From Trichodelitschia bisporula (taxonomy: Eukaryota), in NCBI GenBank assembly GCA_010356995.1, contig ML996687.1, positions 1,303,803 through 1,367,802 on the forward strand: 64,000 bases of DNA. The letters run 5' to 3'. The position numbers were made by a program, and so were the translations under genes. Positions 49,547-60,641 of the stretch are shown one piece after another. Every line of letters starts with the position of its first letter. The stretch's first letter is position 1. The notes below the pieces were generated by a model. That model saw only the letters and a program-made list of their open reading frames with translations. It searched no databases and was not told where the DNA came from.

Positions 49547-51229
49547 AGAGGGGAAGATGCTGTATCGTGGGTTGTGGATTGGTCTGGTGATACTTGAGGT
49601 TCAGTTAATGTACGTTCTGATTCTGGATGGCCGTCGTGATGGCTTGATGTTGAGTATACTCACTGGTCACGATTTCTAGTCTGAGGAGAGGCTTCGGTGT
49701 CCCGTCTGCCATGAATAGGGGTTGGTATTCCATGACAGACGGAAGATATTTGGCTGATATACCCAGATGACACTCTACTGAAGCACAGTGAGGAAGAAAA
49801 GCTTGTCTATCCTTGCTAGCTGTGGATGAGGGCAGAGGAGTATACCGTACTCTGCTGCTGCCCAAACTCTAGGGAGTCAAAAACAAAGCCACACGGAGGC
49901 TCGCAGACGCCCAAAGAGGGTCAAACAGCTTGCTGATGCCCTCTGAAGCCGTCTGATACCCTCCGACACCAACGAAGGACGCGGCTTGCCAAGCAAACCT
50001 AGGCAAAGCACATGCCAAACAGGGATTTGCCTCAACACTCTCTGCACCCCGGATGGGGTGGTCGTCCCTGCACGTCCCCTCATCTCACCACTCAGAACCG
50101 AACCATCGCCAAGCATCCCGATTCTCAGCCTCGCGCACGTGCCACATTTCCCAAAATCGAAGGCGCGACCCTCGACCTCCCCCCACCGGTGCCCCAGCAT
50201 CACGTACCTGCCGCCAGAGTTCCGGAAAAACTCCCTTCGCTGAATTCATGAAAACGGCGCACGTTCACCAACGATCACGTGCCCTGGTGCTTAAATACAG
50301 GGCCCGCGAGCTGTTCTTCGATTCCTCTCCACTACATCCACCACCACTGCCTCGACCACTTCTTCCTCTTCTTCTTCTTTCCCACAACCTCTATCAACGA
50401 CTTCTTCGAGAACTTCTTTGACGTGGCCTGTGTCGGCCGGCCTATGCTTGCTGTTTTTGCTCATATCAGCCTGTTCAATCTCCCTGAGCAGACACTTCGG
50501 TCCCAATAGCAATTGGGATGGCGCCATCATGATGCCTCTCCAAGGCATAATTTCCAGCAACTCTCCAGGCAGGGCTCAAAGCCTCCCCCCCCTCTCCAAC
50601 AGCGACTCACACCAATCCTCTCGACTTGCCGCGGGCAACGGCCCAAGGGCCCAACTTCATCTTCGGCTCTCCTTTCGAGAAGATGCCGGACGACATCAAG
50701 GCATGGCAACTCCGACTGCACATGATGCTGGCCAGGAGACGCCGCTCCGGTAAGCCGCCCCTATTTTTACAATCACCCGTCTAATCCGCCCAGACTCCGA
50801 GCACGACTCTCGTTGGCTCGGCGATTATGGTCGCCCTCGTCGTCCCTCGCCGGCGTCGCTTATGAGAGCCTCCATACGCGGAGGCCATCGAGCGCCTGCC
50901 ACACCCAAAGTTTGAGAGTGCCATCAGTGCCACTATCTCCGGAAGACGAACCCAGAGCTTCTCTTCAAGAAGACGGAACCCGAGCGTGTTGAGGAGCCCT
51001 CGTTCGCGACACGGCCAGGCGGTGGCAAGATGGTGGAGAAGGCTGGAGCTAAGGCGTCTTTGTATGCGGGCCACATTTTCGAGGGCCCCTGTGGGAGGCC
51101 GCGGCACCGCCGCTACCAATCTCTAAGCCAATGCCGCAACCAGCCACGGGGCTCGTTTCGCTACCAACCGCGAGCTCACATCTCGACCACGGCCAACGGA
51201 TGCCAAACAACTGGTTCGACCACCCATTA

Positions 51230-53850
51230 TGGGGACTCACCTCCTCCGTCCAATGCCGCAAAGCTGCCTAAAATCACCGCGGCGCCAAACCCGTTTGATC
51301 TCTACGGGCTGCCTAACGAAATCATACGCCTCGTCGCGCTCCACGCTCTTACTGCGCAGCTATACACATTCATTGGCTGTCACGCGGGGCGCCATTGAGC
51401 CTGGTGGATAAATATATGCCTCTTCCTCCACTTCCTCAAGTTCTCCACTCCTCATCCTCAGGATACCGCTACCGCAGCTATCTCATCTCTCAAACTATAT
51501 ACCGCCTTCGGGCTCCGGCTTCATCTCCACGGAGGATATATAAGTTTTGCCGTCAGCATGACTGAGTTTGATCTTGCCATGGAGCATTTCGACAGCGACT
51601 GCGACCGAGAACATGGACAACGACGCTACCGGCCACCGGCCACGAAACATAGGTATGTGACTCGTTCGGAATTGGCTGAGCCTTTGCTAACTGCTGCCAC
51701 CAGTCTCCGCCCAGTCCCAAGTCGCTTATACCGTGCTGCGCCTACGGGTGCGACATCCCTTGCTCCGGTCGTACAGCCTGCTACTCCAGCCACCGCGCAG
51801 ATTGCTGCCACCAATCCGCCGAATGCTCCCGCCAAGATACAGAGCCCGCCGGCTCTCGGAGGCCCTGATGTTTATACATTCTCACCTCTCAACAGCATCA
51901 TATATCAGCATACCCTCGGAAGAGGACTCCTGTCATCCCGAACTGGGAGACAATGACGACGCCAGAGATCTACGAGGCGTACTGTGAGCACAGCGGCGCA
52001 CTTTTGGCATTCCGGTGTAGGTCCGACCGAGCAATGAAATCTACGACAGACCGCGCTCATTCCACGAGCGCATGGAGGAAGTCGGGTATGCCGGGTACTC
52101 GTACTACCGCGAGAAGGGGAACGTCATGGACTTCGAGCCATTGCCACCCCCAGAAGCCATTGAGCGCCACGACACTGAGGACCACGATGAGCCCGAGTCA
52201 ACGCCACCCCCAGACGTCCTCGATGTATACGGCAGGTCATCGCGTGTCGAATAACAGCCTCAGATTATCGCGAACACCAATCAGAAAACGCTCGCCATGC
52301 AGCTCAACGGGCATGCACTCAGAGCTATATACGTGGCGCAAACTTCGTTCTATATATCGTTCGGTCCAGCGTCGACGGCATCCGTACGTTTCTGCCAAAG
52401 ACATGGCACAAAATGTTTCGCTTGTCCGCACCAATTCACTTGTTTTCAACTGCCATCACAATGTCGTTGTTTTTGAGCCTCCTCTACCTCCTCCTGGAGA
52501 TGGGTGAACATCTTCCCTGGGTCGTTCCAGGACTATTCCTCTCCGCCCTTGGGTTTGAACCGCTTGTTGCGGATCTGCGTAGGTCTTCCCACCCAGTATT
52601 ATCGTTCGACCGCTAACTTTGACAGCGGCGAGTGCTCCAAAGTGCCTTGACATCCGCGGTGTCATGGTTCTAGCCATACACGGTGTGATGCCTCAGGCCA
52701 TGATGTGGTCTGGGTGGCAGCACAGTACCGAGGCGACGTATGGGGACTAGCGCGATCATGTGACTGGGGCCAAGCCCTCACTGCGGTTATGCTTTTGCAC
52801 ACCCATCCCTGTAGATTACTTCTCCAACTCTTTATCGTCGTCTCGAAGCAATCTATGGTTTTTGCACCCCTCTTCGCTGGCACCGTGACACGCGGCGCGC
52901 GTTTCCGGGAACTACGGTATACTGCCATATCTCCATCAAATGCCGCCAATGTAGTACTAGGCATGCCTAAGAGCTCATCCGTCTTTGACGAAAGCCAGCT
53001 GCCAGCCTATAAGCGTGCCTGCCCGCGTGATATCAAAAAGCCGCGGGAGCGCAAGTTTTGCAGATCTATACTGGTCATACCATTCAAGAAGAGTGTGACT
53101 ATAAAGGGTATAAAGCCATTTACCTTCGAGATCGTACACGATCTTGCCTTTATCCTCACTCGGGAAAGACGACTACTCAGTGCATGAAGATGCTCATTAA
53201 GCGATACAAACGCCTCAAAGCGGAGGCTTCGGCGGCTGATATAGAGACTGGTCTGCAGCATCCCGGTCGACTTACTATCGAATACTTCTCAGCTGTCAAG
53301 TCGGACGACCTAGATTCGAATTAGCCCGCGGCGCTCCGTCTACCTCCAATCCAACTCCCGCGTCGACATCCCCTTCGGCCTCCTCATCCACGGTCAGTTC
53401 GGCTTCGGCGTCCACGTCTAGCTCGGCCCCTGTGACAACCGTATCTGCGCCTATCCCTGGTCTTGCCGCTACCGTCTCCGTCACCACCACCGGTCACGCC
53501 ATCCATCCGGCTTCCAAGCCCGCTGCGACTTCGTCGTTCGTCTCGGCTTCGTCCGTTTTGGCCTTGTCGTCTGCTCCGGCGTCGTCGTCCGCCTCAGTCA
53601 TCCAAGGCACACAAGCCGGAACTTCTTTCTCGGGCAACACCCAGCCGACCGTCTCGCCCGCCGCTTCTCCGGCGGTAACAAGTCACTTTGCAGTCGGTAT
53701 ACTTTTTGTGGCGCCAGCGCGCCTACCGGGCGCCAGATATATATGCGGCGCTGTGATGAGGGAGGAACGCGAGAAACTTGCTGTGGCTGTAGAGGAGGAA
53801 GAGGAAGGGTATGTGTTATCGCCCTTGGGGTTTGAGACAGAGCGCTAATC
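51230..53850 (+). other. Possible eroded gene remnants (fragmented ORFs, one intron-like element, an F-box-like snippet)
   Basis: FDLYGLPNEIIRLVA at ~51295, ATAAATATA at ~51408, GTATGT..GCTAAC..CAG at 51653..51702, and coding-like fragments that switch frame. No continuous ORF. Confidence 0.3.
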
Positions 53851-54996
53851 CTATCCGGACAGGTTTGTGCGAGGCTTATAATATTCATCCATATACGTAT
53901 ACCCCCGAGGCGCCTCCCGCCTCTAAGATGGGAGCTACGCGCCTCACACGCTCAACCAAGAAAAACGAGGTGCGGCGCGCCATATATATATATCGCACGT
54001 CGCGCGAGTTTGATTAGGACATTATGTAGCCTCAGTCTTAACAGTTTGACCTTAATCTTGAGATGTTTAATGTGCTTGATGTCATTGCTTTGACAAGCAG
54101 GCTCTGTTCTGTCAAAATGTCGACCGCTCCAGATGATCCTCGACCATTCGATGCCCGGCCAAGGGCCGTCACTTAGTTGGCAACCCTATGGTTAATGAGG
54201 ACCCGCCATGCCTGGAGGACGCGGTGGAGAGTTCTGATGGTTCGTCCTGCAAGTCAACCTACCATAGCGCGGCTGGTGGGGACGAGAGCGAGCTGAGGCT
54301 TTATTCAGAATGGTAGATCAAGGGATTGATCACAAGTTTCTGATGAAGCGCAATATGTAATCAATTGAGCTTGATGATTTGACCGCAAGTGGGATGGCTG
54401 TGCTTCACATCCCTGAGAACAAATCATCGCTGAGTCCATAATGATTCATTCGTATGACTGAATCGTGGGTGCCTGGCTAGTTCCAGTTTTTTCCATTTCA
54501 GGTAGTTCGCGATCCTCCGCATGGTGTTCAACTACAGTAGCGCGGCCTCTAGTTCTAATTGGCCAGCCTTACCCCGGATTTCCTAGCTTCCCCGGATTCC
54601 CGGATTCACTGAGATGTGTGCCTGCAGCTTCGCGTTTACAGTTTCGTTTGGCGTTGTCTTGCCTTTTGCCATCTCAGGCACTTATATCTTTTCTCAACAA
54701 TCTGTTAGGCGCTCGGAGGTGATAAAATAGCATACACAGCAACGAGTCTACGATTTGGCAAACATTCTAGTTCTAACAGTTTTGGTTTGCTCAGTGCAGC
54801 GCTCTTGACCCAACGCAGTATAGATAGCCTGCGCATCTCCTTCAAAATTGACTTCAGACGTGGTCCTCTCCATGGTTGGCCATGCAGGCTTATAAGATTT
54901 GGTCTTAACCCACCACTTCACTCACCGTGGGATATAATTCAGGGCAGATATTCATTAAACACCTAGATACCTATCACCCTGTCTATGAACATGAGA

Positions 54997-55797
54997 CTAC
55001 AAAGGGCCGTCATACGGACCGCCAAATCCCGGACGACCAAAGCCCGGAGGACCGTAACCGGGACCACCGAACCCCCGAGGGTCAAAGCCAAGCGGCCCGC
55101 CAAATCCCGGAGGTCCGCCAAATCGACCGGCCCAGGGATAGCCCATCAAGTCATCGTACTCATCTTCATCCTCAAAATCGTCATAATCATCGTAATCGTC
55201 GAACACAAGCGGGTAGCCATACCCCAGAGGCCCAGCGAAACGAGGATCACCCCCATAGGGACCACCGGGCATGAGCCCGCCGGGTCCATATCTACCTGGA
55301 CGCGCACCGGTGGGGCCGCCAAAACCGGGAAGACCGTCGAAGCCGGGTGTGCCGCGGCAACCGAGGCCGGGAGGACCGCGAGCGTTGAAGCCAGGAAGGC
55401 CGCCGAAGCCGGGAGGGCCACGGTCATTGAAGCCAGGCTGGCCATGGCCACCGAGGTTAAGTGGACCACGGCCACCAAAGCCGGGTGGACCACGGCCACC
55501 AAAGCCGGGTGGACCACGGCCACCGAGGCCTAGAGGGCAATCAAAGCCAGGAGGGCCACCGAAACTTGGACGACCACCGAGGCCGGGAGGGCCGCCAAAA
55601 CCGGGACGACCTCCGAGGCCGGGAGGGCCGCCGAAGCCCGGGCGACCACCGAAGCCGGGAGGTCCACCAAAGCCGGGGCGCCCACCAAAACCGGGTGGGC
55701 CGAAGTCATCGAAATTGTCTTCAAAGAGCGGGCCAAACTCATCCTCGTCGTCATCCTCGTAGGGACTGAAGCCGGGAGGGTATCTATTGCGATACAT
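54997..55797 (-). CDS. Gly/Pro/Phe-rich repeat protein (GG[P/R]PG[F/L] units with two acidic patches), 266 aa, no signal peptide
   Basis: CCAACCATG start, TTTAAAAG about 120 nt upstream and a CT-rich leader. 18- and 21-nt repeat units preserve the frame, with many synonymous differences. Confidence 0.7.
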   Translation of the reverse strand: MYRNRYPPGFSPYEDDDEDEFGPLFEDNFDDFGPPGFGGRPGFGGPPGFGGRPGFGGPPGLGGRPGFGGPPGLGGRPSFGGPPGFDCPLGLGGRGPPGFGGRGPPGFGGRGPLNLGGHGQPGFNDRGPPGFGGLPGFNARGPPGLGCRGTPGFDGLPGFGGPTGARPGRYGPGGLMPGGPYGGDPRFAGPLGYGYPLVFDDYDDYDDFEDEDEYDDLMGYPWAGRFGGPPGFGGPLGFDPRGFGGPGYGPPGFGRPGFGGPYDGPL

Positions 55798-57527
55798 GGT
55801 TGGATTGGGAGAGAGATCTGTGGTAGTGTTTGTGGGATAGATGGTTGAGGAGAAGATGGAAGGCAGAGTAAGAGTGTGGATTGGTGGGAGGAAGGGGAGC
55901 CTGGATTCTGCCTTTTAAACTGCCGTTTGAGGGAATGAGGTGCGGTGTGACTCCAATCATAAGTTTGAATGACTCTCCGCGCAGTCACGAGCTATAAAAC
56001 GAGTCTATAGAGCTCAAGCGTTTGAAAGCTGAGTGCATGTGATTCGATATCCGTGAATGACCATATCGGATCAGTAGGATTTACCGATGTCTCCAAAAAC
56101 CTCTGAATGACCAAAACCATGGGGAGGCAGGATACCCATTGCCGGGATCTTCTACTCGGGGAATGAGGTCTGGACCGTCAGTACGGCAGCATGCTGTTTG
56201 AGGAGAGAATGCATTCAAATGAGAATTGTCACATCCAAAGCATCTCTGACTAGCTGCTTCAATCCCATTTATTGGGAGTGGCCCTGTACAGGTGCAATGG
56301 CATCAGTGTTAACAGAATGTTTGAAATCGATAACGAGAAGATAGAGAGTCAGAGACTCTCGCAAAATGGTTAAGCGCCCAGCAGACTGCCAGCAGTCAAT
56401 CGAAGGAGAATCACAGTCACCAGTTCAACTGGGAAGTTGATAAGGATGGCGGTTGAAGCTTCATCCTGGCTGGTATCTTGAAGCATATGCAGTCTAACTA
56501 TAAGGCCCGTCTAGACTAGTTTCCATTTGCCTGGCAGCACTTCCACCGTGCTCACTCGCCGCTCCGTTGGTCATCGCTTCGCAGCTTGGATCGCATCCAT
56601 CGCCCTAGTTTTGTTAGCTAACTGGCGTTGCTCTTAGGGCCTAGCTATGCTTACCGGTCACTCTTCTCCTCTTTATTCTTCTCCTGCTGGCGCTGGCTCC
56701 ACCACTTGCACTCAGTACACGGCAGCGGCACCTCCCCGGGCCTGTGCCCGTTTCAACAGCCGAGCTTGCTGCCGGGCTGGTTGCAAATGTGGTCGAGGCC
56801 GTAAAAGCGGTGTTCGCAGGAGAATACGTAGGCAACGTATTTGCAAATTGTTCTTGCGAGGGCGTGTTGGTGCAAGGTGTGGATGAGCTGGGTTGTTGTA
56901 GATGTTGTTGAGGTTGGAGAGTAAGTTTTGTTGAAGCTTTGCGGACGTGTTGTTGTTTTCGTAAGTAATGGTGAGCTCCTGCGGCTGGCCTTGGAGTATA
57001 CTGTGTAGATATATCTTGACGAGGAGGACGTGTTGGCGGCAGCCTTGGGGCTCCGCCGTGGACGTGCATCGTATTATAGGCCTGACTAATGGTACAAAGC
57101 CCCTTGAAGGTATACACCACTCGCACGGACTATGCTCCGCAGTTCTTATGGTTAAACGATTAGTATGGTTGGTTGGGCCAGGCCGGCAAAAGATAGGTAT
57201 TTGCTCCGAATGCCTGAGATATACCTCCCTTTTATTGCCGCCTACTACAAGACTTTGTCAAGTTTGCCGTCTTCTGTTTGGAAGCAAGCAAGGGGAGGTA
57301 TCTCAAACACATACGCGATGCCCAATGTCCTCCTTGGCTCTCTCCTCTTGTCATATGTCATGCCTCTAGGGTGTGCCTTCCTGTGCTGGCAATGCACCTT
57401 CCTGACATATCAATATGGTCATATATGCCTTGGTGTCTCATTGCCTTATGTGCCCATATCACCATAGTGCGATGTCGCTCCTGGTGTGATATTAAGGAGT
57501 GGTATGTCGACCTTAAGACTAACATCA

Positions 57528-57680
57528 GATATAGTTACCCGGCTCTTCAGTATGATTACCCGATCTTTGGAGTGGGACTACCCGGTCCTTGGATTGGGAC
57601 TGCCCGGTGGTTGTGTAGAACTACCTGGTTCTAGGAATGTGATTACACTGTTGTCGGAGTTTTATTACCCGGATCCAGAG
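57528..57680. repeat. Degenerate ~21-22 nt tandem repeat (about 7 units)
   Basis: A recurring ga(c/t)tacc(c)gg-like core from 57536 to 57672, e.g. gggactacccggtccttg / gggactgcccggtggttg. Confidence 0.55.
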
Positions 57681-57925
57681 GTATCACCATAGATTTCCGT
57701 CTGCGAGACGCCTCCTCCGGCTACAAAAGAGTATGGAACCCCAATATCATACAGGCAACCTCAGAACTTCAGAAAAGGGGGAAGCGAGCCCTGAGCCGTA
57801 GCACATTTGCACATAACATCAAAATGGGTGAACCTTTTTATCATTACGAGCTGCCTATCTACCTCGACAACTGTAATCTCAGTAGATCAAACATCCCCGT
57901 TGATCAGAGCGAGATCATGAGCTCG

Positions 57926-58375
57926 CTAGATCCAGAAATACCCTGGTGGAGGTGGGGGGATGAACATGCCGGGCGGTATCCCCGGAGGAGGATGGAGAGG
58001 GAGCAACATACCTGGGGGCATCCCGGGAGGAGGAGGGAAGAACATACCTGGCGGCGGTCCACCCATCCCCGGCGGCCCGCCCATACCCGGAGGACCACCC
58101 ATTCCTGGCGGCCCGCCCATACCCGGCGATCCGCCCATACCCGGAGGACCACCCATACCCGGCGGCCCGCCCATGCCCGGAGTGCCACCCATGCCCGGCG
58201 GCCCGCCCATGCCGGGTGGGCCACCCATACCAGGCGGCCCGCCCATGTCCGGCGGACCACCCATGCCTAGCCAATCCACCATACCTAGAGGGGGAGGGGC
58301 GGGAACTAAAATAGGACCTTCAGGGCTAAACACCCAAACGAGACCCCCTGGAAACGGAGGAGGCTGACCTGCCAT
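57926..58375 (-). CDS. Gly/Pro/Met-rich repeat protein (about 11-12 x GGPPGM), 149 aa, no signal peptide
   Basis: TATAAAAG at ~58497-58504 and ATG at 58375. An 18-nt coding repeat spans ~58060-58266 with third-position variation. Confidence 0.72.
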   Translation of the reverse strand: MAGQPPPFPGGLVWVFSPEGPILVPAPPPLGMVDWLGMGGPPDMGGPPGMGGPPGMGGPPGMGGTPGMGGPPGMGGPPGMGGSPGMGGPPGMGGPPGMGGPPGMGGPPPGMFFPPPPGMPPGMLLPLHPPPGIPPGMFIPPPPPGYFWI

Positions 58376-59463
58376 GTTAGAGCGTACTTGGTTTTGATTT
58401 TGAGGGAGAGTTTGACAAAGGTGAGATGTGGATGGAGTTCGGACGATTTCGCAGTGTTGATGGCTGTGGAAATGAGAAGGAAGGCAGAGATGATTCCTTT
58501 TATATGCCTGATTTAGTGAAAGATTAGTGGTGAGGCTGTGAACAGATGGGACAGTGAACATCCCGTGATGATTGGGCTTGGTGAAGCTACTCGTATCACG
58601 GCCCTATGTATTCACCTCAGCCAATTCACCAACATAGAATATGTCAGGGCGGCAAGCGGGAACAGCAGGATTCTCAAAGCAAAGAAACTTACCGATGAAG
58701 TACACTAGGTACGTCTACGTTCTTCCACGAGCCCTCCCCTTTCCGCAGTTTCATATCGCGAGCTGAGCATGGGGCAAAACGACAAGCCTAACACTTCGAC
58801 GAAGCCCACGACTTATAGCCATGAGCTTATGCCGAAAGACGGATGGCGTACAGTCACCCGCGCTCGAGTGCTATCACCCTGAGAGAATCTAATCATCGTC
58901 GGTATACTTTGTGGGGGAACAGTCATTTTCATTGTGGTCAGGTGGACCAGCCGGGCAAACTTACACAACCACAACCACCAAGATGTGTCACATATACGCC
59001 TCCAAACAAAAGACAGCAATCTTGGGGGAAGTCTTGTGATGAGCGGCAATAAAGGAGGGGTATATCTCAGGCATTCGGAGTGGGTACCTCTCTTTTATCC
59101 GGTCCGGTCCAACTGACCCTCCTGGTCACTCTACTATAAGAATAAACTGCGGCGCAGAGTCCATGAGGCGGGTGTACACCCTAGGGGGCTCGGTAGCATC
59201 CATCTCACCTACAACAAGATGAGTGTCCTCGGAGGCCGCGTGCCCCGGAGCCTCCAGACAATCACCGCCTCGGCAACCTTGCCAAGATATATCTGCACAG
59301 TATACCCCAAGGTTAGCCGTAGCAGTTCACCCTGATTTGCTATCACGATAACAACATCCACGGGCTCCAGCCAAACTTCCTCTTCCATATCCACATAATT
59401 CACAACATCCTCGTGCAACCATCGCGTCCACATCTTACAACCACAATCGCCTCGAACAAAAAG

Positions 59464-59649
59464 ATGTGCAGATACGTAATTTACATAGTCCCTTGCCACC
59501 ACCGGTTCTACATTCTCGATGAGATCTGCAATCGGGTCGGGTCCAAAATCTGGTGCTGGAACGGCCACAGGGCCGAGACGGTGCCGATATCTTGCACGGA
59601 GCGCAAATGGTGGAGGCGCCGCCAGCAGCAGGAGGCGACGGAGGCGTAA
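59464..59649 (+). CDS. Small Cys/His-rich protein (MC-x8-C-x-H type), possibly degenerate
   Basis: AAAAGATG start reading MCRYVIYIVPCHHRF..C..C..C. A canonical intron GTAAGC..GCTAAC..CAG begins at 59653, just after the stop. Confidence 0.5.
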   Translation: MCRYVIYIVPCHHRFYILDEICNRVGSKIWCWNGHRAETVPISCTERKWWRRRQQQEATEA

Positions 59650-60326
59650 CCAGTAAGCATGACCGGGGCCTTAATAGAAATGCCAGCTAGCTAACACAGC
59701 CCAGGGCCATAGATGCGGATTCGAGCTGCGCGGCGATGGCAACGGTGGCGGACGATAACAACGGCGGCGGACGAGTACGAAATGTGGAAAATGTTGTGAG
59801 GCAAGTGGAGACTCCATAGGACCGGGAGTTAGAGTAGATGCTGCTTTCCAGTATTAGCAGAATCAATTCCTAACCGCCATCCTCATCAACTCCCGCATGT
59901 GAACTGTTGACTGTGTTTCGCCTTGAAATGATAGTTTGGTGGTCGCTGAGCGTTAAACCATATCTCCGTCTTGCGCAAGTACATCTGCACATCGATCGCT
60001 CTGGGATTAAGGTGGCCAAAAGTTCGATGTCGATTCCGTCGCATAAGACTAGCGGCGCGAAAGGGGCGACAAAATGGAGCGCTCACCAGCGCACCAGCGC
60101 GTCATGGCTTAGTTCTAGCTCTAGTGGTCGTGGTGGTCCAGTCAAGCTTTTGGGTCGTAAAGTAGAGTACGGTACTGCGTAGAGCCAATCCCAGCACATT
60201 CCGACGGCCATGGCTCGGACCACCACCTCAAGAAAAAGCAACAGCCGGCTCAACAGATGATGAAAAGGCAAGGTCCCGTCTCCAAACTCAATCCCGCTAA
60301 GGGACTTTGTCTGAAGTCAAAAAAAA

Positions 60327-60398
60327 CTCTCCCGCCGGGAATCGAACCCGGGCCGTCCGCGTGACAAGCGGAAATCATGACCACTAGACTACGGAAGA
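60327..60398 (-). tRNA. tRNA-Asp (GTC)
   Basis: Reverse complement TCTTCCGTAGTCTAGTGGTCATGATTTCCGCTT-GTC-ACGCGGACGGCCCGGGTTCGATTCCCGGCGGGAGAG, a T8 terminator and a TATA-like element at ~60450. Confidence 0.96.
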
Positions 60399-60641
60399 TG
60401 GGCGAGCTGTGCTCGTCGTAGCGTGGTGAAAGGCGGCGGCAAAAATGGGTTTATATACAGAGAACTTATGTGGTCGCTGACACTTCGAGAGAAGGCTGGC
60501 AGGTCACAATGGCCAAAATCCTACGTGAGATTACACTACGTTCCTTATGACACTAATTTGAATACAAAGCAGATGCATATATGCTAGCAGACTAAAGGAC
60601 AGGGTATGCCGCGCATTCATTCAGTCGTCCACCCGCTCCCA

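Noticed and set aside
56641..57126. 161-aa minus-strand ORF
   Set aside because: Low complexity, with no motif or clear start context. It cannot be supported without expression data.
55271..58367. Plus-strand Pro/Gly/Lys-rich ORFs (55271..55762, 57960..58367)
   Set aside because: These are antisense shadows of GC-rich repeats. The TATA boxes, leaders and start contexts are on the minus strand.
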